This document shows positions 36,913-46,009 of a stretch of 64,000 nucleotides of DNA, piece after piece. Positions within the stretch are counted from its first letter, which is position 1. Each line of letters starts with the position of its first letter. The DNA is from an uncultured Actinomycetes bacterium (GTDB lineage: Bacteria; Actinomycetota; Thermoleophilia; Gaiellales; Gaiellaceae). The notes under the pieces are model-generated. The model searched no databases, was not told the DNA's origin, and was given only the letters and a program-made list of their open reading frames with translations. The stretch covers positions 349,059 to 413,058 of the forward strand of contig CAVXVO010000004.1 of the NCBI GenBank assembly GCA_963765295.1, given 5' to 3'. The position numbers and the translations under genes were made by a program.

Positions 36913-38731
36913 GTGGGCCGCGTGGCTCATCCCCTCATCGAGCGACTCGCGGCCGGCCCTCCGCTCTGCTGCGACGGCGGCATGGGCTCGCTGATCACGA
37001 GCGCCGTCCCGCGCTTGCGCTGCCCCGAGGAGGCCAATGTCCGGGCGCCGGAGAGCGTCCTCTCGTTGCACCTCGGCTTCATCCGCGCCGGAGCCGAGCT
37101 GATCGAGACCAACACGTTCGGCGCCAACAGGCGCAAGCTCGCCTCGCGCTTCCTCGAGGACGAGGTCGAGCGCATCAACTCCGACGGCGTGAAGATCGCC
37201 CGCGAGGCCCGGGAGGTGTCGGGCCGCCAGGTGTTCATTGCCGGCGCGATCGGGCCGCTCGGCGACCTCCGGGACGCGGAGGACGACCGGCGGGCGCTCT
37301 TCGCCGAGCAGGCCGAGCTGCTGGAGGCGCGCGGCGTCGACCTGTTCTTCGTCGAGACTTTCTACGACCTGGACGAGCTCGAGACGGCGATCGCCGCAGT
37401 GCGCGCCGTGTCCTCGTTGCCCGTCGTCGCGTTGCTGACCTTCGACGAGGACGGCCAGACGCTCGCCGGTGTCTCCGCGCGGGCCGCGGCGCTACGGCTG
37501 CGCGAGCTCGGCGTCGCGGCCGTCGGCGCGAACCACGGCGCGGGACCGCAGGCATGCCTCGAGGCGCTCGGGCGGATGGGCTCCGGACGGTCCGCCGCTT
37601 GCCGCGCTGCCGAACCTGGGCCTGGCCGGGCTGGCCGGCGGACGGATCGTCTTCCCGCACGCGACACCGGAGTACTGCTCGGAGTTCGCGGCCGAGGCGA
37701 TCGAGCTCGGCGCGATGCTCGTCGGCGGCTGTTGCGGAACGACGCCGACCGAGATCGAGGCCATTCGCACCGCGATCGACGAGGGCCGCCGCCCGCGGGC
37801 GCCGTTCCAGGCGACGGAGCGCGAGCTCGCAGTCGCGGCCGCCGCCGAGGAGGGCGAAACCCGGCTCGCACGCGACCTGCGCGAGGGGAACTGGGTCGTG
37901 TCGATCCAGCTCGACCCGCCGCTCGGAGGCAGCCACGCCGGGATGCTCGAGGTCGCCGGCGAGATCGGGGCTTCGGGCCTCGCGGGCTTCGTGGACATCA
38001 ACGACAACGCCACCGCGCGGGCGGCGATGAGCGGCCTGATGATGGCGGCGGCGATCGAGCGCTCCGCCGGCGTCGAGACGATCCCGCATCTGACGCCGCG
38101 GGACTCGACGATCATGGGGCTCGAGTCGCTGCTCCTCGGTGCGCATGCCGAAGGCGTCCGAAACATCCTCGCCGTGACGGGCGACCCTCCGGAGGTCGGC
38201 GACTACCCGGGCTCGCAGGGCGTGTACGAGGTCGACTCGATCGGCCTGACGAAGCTCGTCTCGCATCTCAACGCCGGCGAGGACTACAACGGCAAGGCGA
38301 TCGACGCGCCGACCTCGTTTTTCCCCGGCGTCGCCGTCAACCCGACCGCCGACGACCTCGAGCTCGAGGCGACGCGCTTCCGCGAGAAGGTCGACGCCGG
38401 CGCGCGGTTCGCGATGACACAGATCCTGTTCGACCTCGAGTACCTCGTCCGCTTTCTCGACCTGTTCGGCGGCAGCTCGCCGATTCCGCTCCTCGTCGGC
38501 CTGTTCCCGGTCTGGAGTTACCGCCTGGCGCTGCGGCTGCACAACGAGGTGCCGGGCATCGTCGTCCCCGAGCACCTGCAGGCCGCGCTCCTCGATGCAG
38601 GCCCAGGAGCCGCGGAGGTCGGCCTCGAGTACACGCGCCGCCTGTACGCGGAATCGCGCGAGCAGGCGGCCGGCGTCTACGTGGTGGCGCCGTTCAGGAA
38701 GCCACTCGCGGCCCTCGACGTGCTCCACTAG
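36913..38731 (+). pseudogene. bifunctional homocysteine S-methyltransferase / 5,10-methylenetetrahydrofolate reductase (YitJ-like); +1 frameshift near 37575-37585
   Basis: The S-methyltransferase domain begins in the 36913 frame (CCDGGMGS...ETNTFGAN). It continues in the 37469 frame, which holds its zinc motif LVGGCCGTTP. The MTHFR domain follows (IPHLTPRD...ILAVTGDPP). A single extra base after ...CGGATG joins the frames. Confidence 0.85.
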
Positions 38732-38744
38732 ACTGTCCCCGCTC

Positions 38745-38818
38745 GGGGGCGTAGTTCAGCTGGTTAGAACGCCGGCCTGTCACGCCGGAGGTCGCGGGTT
38801 CGAGTCCCGTCGCTCCCG
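38745..38818 (+). tRNA. tRNA-Asp (anticodon GTC); attachment site of integrated elements
   Basis: Acceptor GGGGGCG/CGCTCCC and D-arm GTTCAGCTGGTTAGAAC. Anticodon stem GCCGG/CCGGA-type carries loop CTGTCAC. T-arm is GCGGG-TTCGAGT-CCCGT. Confidence 0.9.
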
Positions 38819-38821
38819 TCC
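38773..38821 (+). repeat. direct repeat copy 1 (attL-like; 3' 46 nt of tRNA-Asp plus 3 nt)
   Basis: The 49-bp sequence cggcctgtcacgccggaggtcgcgggttcgagtcccgtcgctcccgtcc is identical to 50259-50307. Its 3' 44 bp are identical to 59814-59857. Confidence 0.95.
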
Positions 38822-38826
38822 TAGCG

Positions 38827-38855
38827 AAGCCCTGCATGTGCAGGGCTTTTCTGTT
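38827..38855 (+). terminator. tRNA-Asp terminator hairpin
   Basis: AAGCCCTG-catgtg-CAGGGCTT is followed by TTCTGTT. Confidence 0.6.
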
Positions 38856-38902
38856 CAGATGGGTCATTGCCCAGTGGCGCTTTTGCTCGACATCCTTTCG
38901 GA

Positions 38903-38924
38903 TGTCAGCGCAATGTCAGCAGGG
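38903..38924 (+). repeat. arm-type-site-like motif, left copy (TGTCAGCGCaATGTCAGCAgGG)
   Basis: It contains ATGTCAGC twice, 11 bp apart. It lies 82 bp inside DR1 and is 20/22 identical to 50137-50158. Confidence 0.6.
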
Positions 38925-40157
38925 CAGTCGAAACCGGCTTTTCGCCCGCCTCTCCCGACAGGTCGTGCGCGGGTGCGGATGCGCCGAATCCGAACGAAAG
39001 CAGCCGGTCGCGGGCTTCATCGCGCTGCGGCTTGCCGAACGACCGGGCGTAGCTCCTCATCCAGACCGAAAGCGAGTGCCCGGTCATTTGCGCCGCCTCC
39101 ACGGGGTCAACTCCTCGACGTCCGGACAGCGAGCAAAACGATCGACGGAGGTCGTGGGGGGTCACCTTGCCGAGTCCGGCTCTCTTGGCGGCAACTTCGA
39201 CTCCGCGCACGGCGACGTTCCGCTGACTGAGGGGCGTGCCAGCGCGACTGACGAACACGAGGTCGCCGTCGCCACCTCGTCCCAGTGCCTGCTCGCGAGC
39301 CAGCAACTCGACCAGCGCATCCTCGACAGCCGGGAGCATCGGCACCACGCGAACGCCCGCCGCTGTCTTCGTCGGGACGATGCGAGCGGGCCGGTCTGCC
39401 CGCGCCAACGAAAGCTGTCCACGGATGTTGATCTCGCCTTCGACGAAGTCAACGTCGCACCACCGGAGTCCGAGCGCCTCGCTCAGCCGGAGGCCGGTGT
39501 AGGCGAGGACGGCCACGACCGGCTTGTAGATCGTGTCGGCGTGCCGGGCCAGCGCCGCCAACTCTTGCTCATCAAGAACGCGGCCGTGTCCTCCAGCACG
39601 AGGTCGGGGAAGCTCGGCCGGATCAAGTCCATCAAGTGGTGATCTACTGATAAGTCCTCGACGGCCAGCCAGCCGGTACACGGCGCGAAGAATGAGCAGC
39701 ACAGACGCGATGGTCGATTCGGCGTACCTTCGCCGCCGCATGGAATGAATGACTTCGGCGACGTGATCAGGCTCAACATCACCGATCTTCCGGTGACCCA
39801 GTGCCGGGGAGATGTGCAAGCGCCACCGGTCGCGGTAGAGGTCAACGCCTCGTTCTGAGCGTCGCCCGCTGGCGGCTAGCCCGTCAAGCCAGGGAAGTAA
39901 ACGAGTTGAGCAAACGCGTCCAGGCTCTGGGGGACGGCGACGACCCGGTCGCCGATGTCACGTTGCGCGAGTAGCGCGCGTGTCTCCTTGAGAGCCGCCC
40001 GGTCGCTCCTGGCTGAGAGTTTCTTCGTGTGTTGCGTGCGATCGCTATCCCGGAACGTAGCTTCGTAGACCCACGTCCCATCTTTCCGGCGACGCTTGTA
40101 GATGTTCTCGGCGACGCGGACGCGCGATGCAGCGCCGTGCGAGGATTCATTTCGCAT
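38905..40157 (-). pseudogene. int: tyrosine recombinase/integrase, interrupted by a -1 frameshift (about 39879-39915)
   Basis: The N-terminal arm/SAM-like part is ORF 39876..40157 (ENIYKRRRKDGTWVYEATFRD...). The catalytic part is in the frame of ORF 38905..39819, with R...HDLRRS...GHSLSVWMRSY active-site-type motifs. That frame stays open upstream as LLPWLDGLAASGRRSERGVDLYRDRWRLHISPALG. Confidence 0.85.
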
Positions 40158-40545
40158 GGGGAGTAGCTCCTCTCCTTGCCGGGGGCGGGGCCGTTAGCGC
40201 GGCGCTCGCCCCATTTCGTGTCGTCTGAATCGTACCGTCCGCCCTCAAAGCGGCGTCCAGCGCGGAGGTATCGACGAGCCAGCGTGCTCCGTCTCGGACA
40301 GCACCTGGAAGCTGTCCGCGCTGAGCCCGTTTGCGAAGCGCGCCGGACGTGCTCCGATAGCGCGTGGCGGCCTCCTCCAGGGTCAGCCATGCCGGTCTCG
40401 CCTCACCGAGTTGCGCCAGCACGATCTCGGCCGCCCTCATCGCGATCGTCTCGATCGAGCCCGGCGGGCACACGAACGTCATCTCGACGATGTTGCCGTT
40501 CGCCGTGCCAGCCGTCCTCGTCCGAGTCCGAGGATCGCTGTTCAC
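40147..40545 (-). CDS. xis: excisionase-like helix-turn-helix (HTH_17/MerR-type) protein
   Basis: 132 aa with WLTLEEAATRYRSTSGALRKRAQRGQLPGAVRDGARWLV. Its GTG start overlaps the upstream stop (GTGA), and its 3' end overlaps the int start. Confidence 0.65.
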   Translation of the reverse strand: MNSDPRTRTRTAGTANGNIVEMTFVCPPGSIETIAMRAAEIVLAQLGEARPAWLTLEEAATRYRSTSGALRKRAQRGQLPGAVRDGARWLVDTSALDAALRADGTIQTTRNGASAALTAPPPARRGATPHAK

Positions 40546-41312
40546 GCGTCCTCCGGAATGTCAGGGGTGAACGGGAGGTCGTCGTCGTCGTCGTCGTCGT
40601 CTAGCTCGAACTCCTCGGGTTGGCAGCGTCGCCCTGCAAGGGCGTTATCAAGGAGGCGGTAGGCGTACCCCGCATCAGAGCGGACGTCCGGCCGCTGATC
40701 TACGGAGGCGAGAACGTCGTAGACCTCGTCCGCGTCCAGACGTCCGAACCGCTTTCGGAAGAGCAAAAGTGTCCCTGAGTCTGCGTCTTCGAGACTGTCC
40801 ACTAGTTCTTGAAGAGCGTGGTCTGTCTCGTCCTCGACTGACGTGGGTTCTGATCGCAGATACTCGCGCGGCGTCGCGTCAGCGGCGTCCGCGTGACAGT
40901 CAGTCAGGCTCTCCCTACTCTCTCCTCCTTCCTCTATACGTGCCCGCTCGATAGCGGGCGTTTGTGCGGGTGTTTGTGCGGGGCTTCCCGCGGGTGTTTC
41001 GCTCGCTATGTCCCGCTCGGACGCGGGGGTTTCGTCCCCGAAGAGGAGCGTGTACGTCCCACGGTGACCGCGACCCGTGTGTTCGGGCGGTTCGTAGCTG
41101 AGCAGGCCCTTGTAGATCAGTCCGTCCCTGGCCCGCTTGAAGCTCCGCCCGTGGTGTAACCGCGAAGATTCGCGGAGCAGGTCTTCACCGACGCGCTGTG
41201 ACCTGACACGGAAGCCAAGCAACAGGCGAACGAGGGCTATAGCAAGCTGCCACTCCTCAGTACCCAGCCCGGCGTCGAGGAGGCGCTCGTGGAAGACGTT
41301 GTAGTCGCTCAC
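40542..41312 (-). CDS. putative replication/winged-helix protein with acidic C-terminus (Rep_O-like N-terminus)
   Basis: 256 aa. The N-terminal about 100 aa resemble the phage replication-protein wHTH (EEWQLAIALVRLLLGF...SFKRARDGLIYKGLLSY). It contains a D8 run encoded by (GTC)8. The assignment is tentative. Confidence 0.45.
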   Translation of the reverse strand: MSDYNVFHERLLDAGLGTEEWQLAIALVRLLLGFRVRSQRVGEDLLRESSRLHHGRSFKRARDGLIYKGLLSYEPPEHTGRGHRGTYTLLFGDETPASERDIASETPAGSPAQTPAQTPAIERARIEEGGESRESLTDCHADAADATPREYLRSEPTSVEDETDHALQELVDSLEDADSGTLLLFRKRFGRLDADEVYDVLASVDQRPDVRSDAGYAYRLLDNALAGRRCQPEEFELDDDDDDDDLPFTPDIPEDA

Positions 41313-41848
41313 GCGCCCGCCTTCAGCGCGTGGCCGACGCCCCTCTCGGGGGCTAAGTCAGGGTCGTCCTGTCGCCCCGGGCCCGCCCGCGTCGGCCGAG
41401 CCCGGCGACGCCCGCGCGGCCGTGACCTCCCCTGAGCCGTCTGCCTCGACGTACTCACCGACGTCGCCCGCGCACACGTTGACGGCGAGATCGCGGCGCG
41501 GCTCTGAGCCACGCGGGAGTCGAGTCGCCACGCCACCTCCGTGAGTGCGGCTGCGGCCATCTCTATCTCGCTCGCACCGCCGTCCTCGCCAGAGGCAAGG
41601 GCGTCGGCTGCGTCTTCTCGCTCGGCGCGTGTCATAGAGACGCCGTCCCGACCCGCCCGGGTGATGGCTTCCGCCAACGTGTCCCTAGCCGCCTCCAGGC
41701 GCATCGCCGAGGTCGGCGGCGACGACCACGCTCCGCCCTGGACTTGCCACGCCGCATATCCCGCTGCGGCGTGATCAGCCGGGTCTAGCTCGGCGGTCGG
41801 ACTCAGCGCGTCGGCGGCCACCGGAATACCGTCCTGCAGTTCACGCAA
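41309..41848 (-). CDS. hypothetical protein (island A)
   Basis: 179-aa ORF whose stop overlaps the next start (GTGA). The C-terminal third is Arg/Pro-rich, and an alternative frame (RDLAVNVCAGDVGEYVEADGSGEV) looks more protein-like. A further frameshift is therefore possible. Confidence 0.4.
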   Translation of the reverse strand: MRELQDGIPVAADALSPTAELDPADHAAAGYAAWQVQGGAWSSPPTSAMRLEAARDTLAEAITRAGRDGVSMTRAEREDAADALASGEDGGASEIEMAAAALTEVAWRLDSRVAQSRAAISPSTCARATSVSTSRQTAQGRSRPRGRRRARPTRAGPGRQDDPDLAPERGVGHALKAGA

Positions 41849-42023
41849 ACGAGTCTAGGACGGCGCCAGGACGGAGCCCCGAAACCCGCCGCAAAACGGC
41901 TAAGGGCCGCACATTGGCGGCCCCTGCCGGTGAACTTCGTCGGACGGTAACCGACAGAGCGAATCGTAGAGACCGCGCCGGAGAGCAAACCTCATTTGCC
42001 GCGAGACGAGCCGGGAGGTCGAA

Positions 42024-42251
42024 CTAATCGCCCAGATGCCGAAGTTCCTTCGGCACCCAGGTCGGGCTGAAGTGCTCGAAGCAGTCGAAGACCATCTTCG
42101 CCACCCCGTGATCGACGCGAACCGCCACACCCTTCCGATACAGCCCGCAAACGTCGGCATGTCCGACATCCTCGTCGCGATCGATCCGCGATTCAAGCTC
42201 GCTTGGCCCCGAGGGTGTGGGGTAGACGGCTCTGTGGTGCAGACCTATCAT
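42024..42251 (-). CDS. small hypothetical protein (island A)
   Basis: Internal ATG (MIGLHHRAVYPTPSG...FEHFSPTWVPKELRHLGD). No family was recognised and the coding signal is weak. Confidence 0.3.
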   Translation of the reverse strand: MIGLHHRAVYPTPSGPSELESRIDRDEDVGHADVCGLYRKGVAVRVDHGVAKMVFDCFEHFSPTWVPKELRHLGD

Positions 42252-42286
42252 CCTCGCCTCAGCGAGCACAAGGAGGCAGGGAACCC

Positions 42287-42616
42287 ATGCGCGCATCGAT
42301 TCGATACCTCGCCGTTGCCGCGCTCGCGGCCGCCGTGACCAGCGCCGTCATGGCGACAACCGGACAGGCGAGCAGCGACAGGACGGCGACGAAGAACTAC
42401 ACGCTGAAGCCTGGGAGCTACGTCAGGTTCGTGGGCATTGACCTGTCCTGCCTCTATCAGCCGAACGACCCGGATCATCACGATCCAGGGCCTGCGTTGT
42501 TCTGCAACCGCTACAGCGCCAACAACAGCCGGTCGTTCGGCGCGAGCAACTACCACTACAGGGTGAGCGATCCAGCGGGCAATCACTGGATCACCACCAT
42601 CAACAGGTCGCCGTAA
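42287..42616 (+). CDS. small secreted hypothetical protein
   Basis: ATG at 42287 follows AAGGAGG. The translation begins MRASIRYLAVAALAAAVTSAVMATTGQASS, a signal peptide. The mature part is about 80 aa. Confidence 0.6.
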   Translation: MRASIRYLAVAALAAAVTSAVMATTGQASSDRTATKNYTLKPGSYVRFVGIDLSCLYQPNDPDHHDPGPALFCNRYSANNSRSFGASNYHYRVSDPAGNHWITTINRSP

Positions 42617-42754
42617 GGCTCGAAACCCGACCCCCTGCGTCGCTCACCGTCGCGGCCGACTTGTACCCCGGAAGCGGCCCGGCGAGGGAGATCGTGGCCG
42701 CGCCTCCGACGCGATGAACCTCGGCCCGTCCGCTTTCGCGGCCAACATGGAGCA

Positions 42755-43534
42755 ATGCCGCGCACGTGCAGCGTCTGCTCCCATCCGGATAGGCAGAAGA
42801 TCGACAGATTGCTCCTGGAGCAAACGTTAAGGGACGTGTCGGGACAGACGGGTATCGGGAAGTCGGCGCTCGGTCGCCACAAGCTCGCCCACCTGCCCGG
42901 CGCGCTCGTGCTCGCCAACGAGCAGGAGATCGAGCGGCACCGGCAGTTGTTCGACGAGGCGCAGAGCTTGCAGCGGTCGCTCGCGGGCTGGGGCGCAGTG
43001 CGCGAGCCCGGGGAGTGGCTGGAGCTTCGCGAACGCGCTGTGGCGGACTACGAGTCGGGACGGTTCCTCCTCACCCGGCTGGGCGCCGAACGGCACCTCG
43101 ACCCCGAACAGGTCGCGACGCTACTCCACCTCCGCGGCCGGATCATCGACGAGATGCACCTGACCACCGGGCTGGAACTGATGCTGCTCGACGCGGCGCT
43201 CATCGCCTTCAGAAACATGCTGCTGATCGAGGAGTGGATCGGGAACCTAAGCTTGCTGGTCGAACACCACCTGTTCCGCGACGAGGGGCCGACCCCGAAG
43301 ATCAACCGCACGAACGGCCGCTACCAGGGCCTCGCTGCCGAGGACGACGCGCGACGCCTCCGGGACGACCTGCTCCCCGCGCTCGACCGGGCGAGCAAGA
43401 ACTTTGTCAGCGCGATCAAGACGCTCCGCGACTTCCACGGCACCGGCGTCAACGTCACCATCGCCGCGGTGGGCCAGATGAACGTCGGCGAGCAGCAACT
43501 TGTCGTCGGGCCGAGTGTGACGCCGTCCGCCTAG
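42755..43534 (+). CDS. hypothetical protein with N-terminal CxxC + HTH-like module (phage/plasmid-type)
   Basis: 259 aa. MPRTCSVCSHPDRQKIDRLLLEQTLRDVSGQTGIGKSALGRHKLAHL resembles small DNA-binding modules of mobile elements. The remainder is unknown. Confidence 0.55.
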   Translation: MPRTCSVCSHPDRQKIDRLLLEQTLRDVSGQTGIGKSALGRHKLAHLPGALVLANEQEIERHRQLFDEAQSLQRSLAGWGAVREPGEWLELRERAVADYESGRFLLTRLGAERHLDPEQVATLLHLRGRIIDEMHLTTGLELMLLDAALIAFRNMLLIEEWIGNLSLLVEHHLFRDEGPTPKINRTNGRYQGLAAEDDARRLRDDLLPALDRASKNFVSAIKTLRDFHGTGVNVTIAAVGQMNVGEQQLVVGPSVTPSA

Positions 43535-43846
43535 CGCGCGACCGACCCGACGGCGCAGGCGGACGCCCGCTGAAACCTCACACGATGTGAGACTTGGCGA
43601 GCCCGGGCTCAGCCCGTGAGCGGCTCTCTGACGTCGATCCGGCCCGGGACGACGATCACCCCACTTCCGCCTCGCAGGGCTTCCACTGTGCTCGTGGCGG
43701 GTTGTAACAGGCTCGTCGCTAAGCCGGGCCCCTCGCCCTACTACGCCCTCGCGCCGACGAGCATCACGAGCGGCGGCGAGGTGTAGGCGTCGTGGCTGTG
43801 TCGTCCGCGAGTCGGAGCCCAGCCTGGCGCGTGTCACCATTCCTGG

Positions 43847-44830
43847 ATGGGGCGGACGCCATGGGAGATTCTGACCGAGGCCGATGAGCACCTCCGCGAA
43901 CCGAGGCTGTCTGGTGTCGAGTCTTGGCGCATGACACCGGGGACGGTCTTGCAACGGTGGTCGTCTCTGAGCGAGCTGGACAGGCCGCGCTACCTGACGT
44001 TCGAGCAGCGGATGGGCCGCTTCCCGGATGCGGTCAGAACCTGGCCGGTGGAATGGCAGGGCAACCTGATTCTGGTGGCGCTGCGCCACCGGCACCTTCT
44101 CGACCAGGAGAAGCTGGCTCGAACGCTCGGTGTCGAGCCATGGGAGATCAAGCCCGCCCTGCCAGTGCGAGTGCGGATGAAGCTCGGGTTCGAGCCGGGC
44201 TTCGAGACGCTCGTGACCGACGAGCAAGTAGCCCGATTCATCGACGTTCGAGTGACCCGGATGCGCGGCGCGACCATCGCCACCGGCACTTCCTACGCCA
44301 CCGCCACCGTCATCCCCGACGCCCTGATCGCACTGACGCGCGCGGCCGTCGGTGACTTCGCGACCGAGCCACTGCCTCTCGACCACCCGCTCGGCCTCTA
44401 CCAGTCGTATCTCCGTCAGACGCCCGCCGTGGTCAAGACTGTGCTTGAAGACGTTTCGAACCGGGTCAACTTCCCGATCTGGGCTCCAGCCGACCTGCTA
44501 GCCGGAGGCGATGTGTTCCATCTCGACGGCGCTGACTGGTCATCAGCACTGGGCTCACCCGCCAGCGAACTCGACCGGATCACTCTCACACTCTCGATGC
44601 AGCCCGGCCACTGGACGACCTACCTCGACCAGTCGCCGAGCCCCGCACACAACAAGCAGGCACGACAGGAGTGGCCGCGATACACCACACCCGGAGCCGA
44701 TAAACCCTGGATGACAAACGTGCTCCAGGTCGAGCGCGAGGGCGTCGGGATCACGATCGTCGCGCACGAACGCTTCCCCGAATCCCTGCAACCGATCGCG
44801 GACTCGCTCGTCCCGTTCGCAGCCGGGTAG
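43847..44830 (+). CDS. hypothetical protein (island A)
   Basis: 327-aa ORF with non-repetitive, protein-like composition. No motif was recognised. Confidence 0.5.
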   Translation: MGRTPWEILTEADEHLREPRLSGVESWRMTPGTVLQRWSSLSELDRPRYLTFEQRMGRFPDAVRTWPVEWQGNLILVALRHRHLLDQEKLARTLGVEPWEIKPALPVRVRMKLGFEPGFETLVTDEQVARFIDVRVTRMRGATIATGTSYATATVIPDALIALTRAAVGDFATEPLPLDHPLGLYQSYLRQTPAVVKTVLEDVSNRVNFPIWAPADLLAGGDVFHLDGADWSSALGSPASELDRITLTLSMQPGHWTTYLDQSPSPAHNKQARQEWPRYTTPGADKPWMTNVLQVEREGVGITIVAHERFPESLQPIADSLVPFAAG

Positions 44831-45180
44831 CGGCCCCTCCGACTTCAACCGGCCCCCGGTCAAGTTAGACGTATCGAGCCGCAGCAGCGGCACGGAAAGG
44901 TACTGACGGCCACCCGCATCGACAAGCCGACACTTTCCTCGCACAGCACACCCGCACCGTCCCAGCAGTGAGGGCCGCTCGTGGCGGTGCGGGCTCCTTA
45001 CCCCACAGAACCGCCTGACCCTGGCCGCCCCGGGGCCAGGCGCGTTTCGCCAAGCCTCCTAGTAGTAGGCCGAGCCCGAGCCGGGCCACCCGCCCTCGAC
45101 GCCCGACTACGCCTCGGCGAAGACGACCATCACGTACGGCGCCGACGCCGTCACCTCGATCGGCGCCGCCAGACAGGTGC

Positions 45181-45423
45181 TTACGCCATGGCGGTTCCGA
45201 CCGCCTCGATCGGCTTTGACCCCGAGGAAACCTCCTTCACCTTCCGACCCCGCCGTGCCTGCTTGCGGCCCTTACGGGCAAGCTCCTCAGCTTCTTCAAC
45301 CGTGACATCGAGGACAAACTGGCCCTTACGGGAGTCCGCGAACGTGACTGTCACGGTCGCGCTATTGCCTTCCTCGATGACGTCGCCCGAGAGGTCTGAA
45401 ACGATCACGGTTCGTCTTGCCAC
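45181..45423 (-). CDS. small basic protein resembling the Lsr2 N-terminal (oligomerisation) domain
   Basis: GTG at 45423 follows AAAGGAG. VARRTVIVSDLSGDVIEEGNSATVTVTFADSRKGQFVLDVTVEEAEELARKG parallels the Lsr2 N-terminal pattern. An Arg/Lys-rich linker follows. No obvious C-terminal AT-hook domain is present. Confidence 0.45.
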   Translation of the reverse strand: MARRTVIVSDLSGDVIEEGNSATVTVTFADSRKGQFVLDVTVEEAEELARKGRKQARRGRKVKEVSSGSKPIEAVGTAMA

Positions 45424-45565
45424 GTCCGCTCCTTTCGCCGAGAGGGGACGAAACCTAGCCAAGCCAACGCGCGACAGAACCACTTCACGGTGGGCCCGGG
45501 ATCGGCCGACTCCGAGTGCGTGGGCGATGAAGTGCGAGTTGAGTCCGGTCGGAACCGGGGTAGGC

Positions 45566-45784
45566 CTAGATCGAGTCCCGCTCGCGCGAGCTTGCGGCGG
45601 GTACCGACGGCGGCGTGGTGTCGTCGTCGATCGCGTCGGCGTGGTGGACGATGCCGTCCTTCAACTCGCGGATGCCCTTGCCGAGAGAGCGTCCCATCTC
45701 GGGGAGACGCTTCGGCCCGAAGACGAGGAGTACGACAAGCGCGAAGATCGCGATGTGCCAGGGGCTGATCAGTCCCGATCCCAT
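45566..45784 (-). CDS. tatA: twin-arginine translocase subunit TatA/E
   Basis: 72 aa. MGSGLISPWHIAIFALVVLLVFGPKRLPEMGRSLGKGIRELK is the canonical TatA TM helix plus amphipathic helix. Confidence 0.9.
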   Translation of the reverse strand: MGSGLISPWHIAIFALVVLLVFGPKRLPEMGRSLGKGIRELKDGIVHHADAIDDDTTPPSVPAASSRERDSI

Positions 45785-46009
45785 CGCGAGTGAGGCTAGC
45801 AGCCGGGCCTCGCGCTCTGATGCGCGCTCGCGTCGTTGAGACCAGGCACGGCCCGATCGGGGGCGATCTCGCCTCGATCAGGCCGAGGATGAGGGTTTGC
45901 TGCCTCGCGTCGACGCGTCTCACTCTCGCCTCATCTGGGATCGTGACCCTCGGTCGCCACTCAGGATGGATAGGAGTGACGACCAGCCTCGGGTTGAGAC
46001 GCGGTCGCG

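Noticed and set aside
36913-38754. 613-aa single-frame reading of the MTHFR fusion gene (likewise 24566..26179, 29791..31278 and 33171..35447 taken at full track length)
   Set aside because: Only part of each long ORF carries family-specific sequence, and the rest is Arg-rich filler. I replaced them with frame-joined coordinates (MTHFR fusion) or with internal starts supported by Shine-Dalgarno sequences or stop-start overlaps.
43247-44386. 379-aa minus-strand ORF in island A
   Set aside because: It is antisense to the 42755..43534 and 43847..44830 ORFs and spans their intergenic gap. Its composition is Arg/Gly/Pro-rich, and it has no plausible start context.
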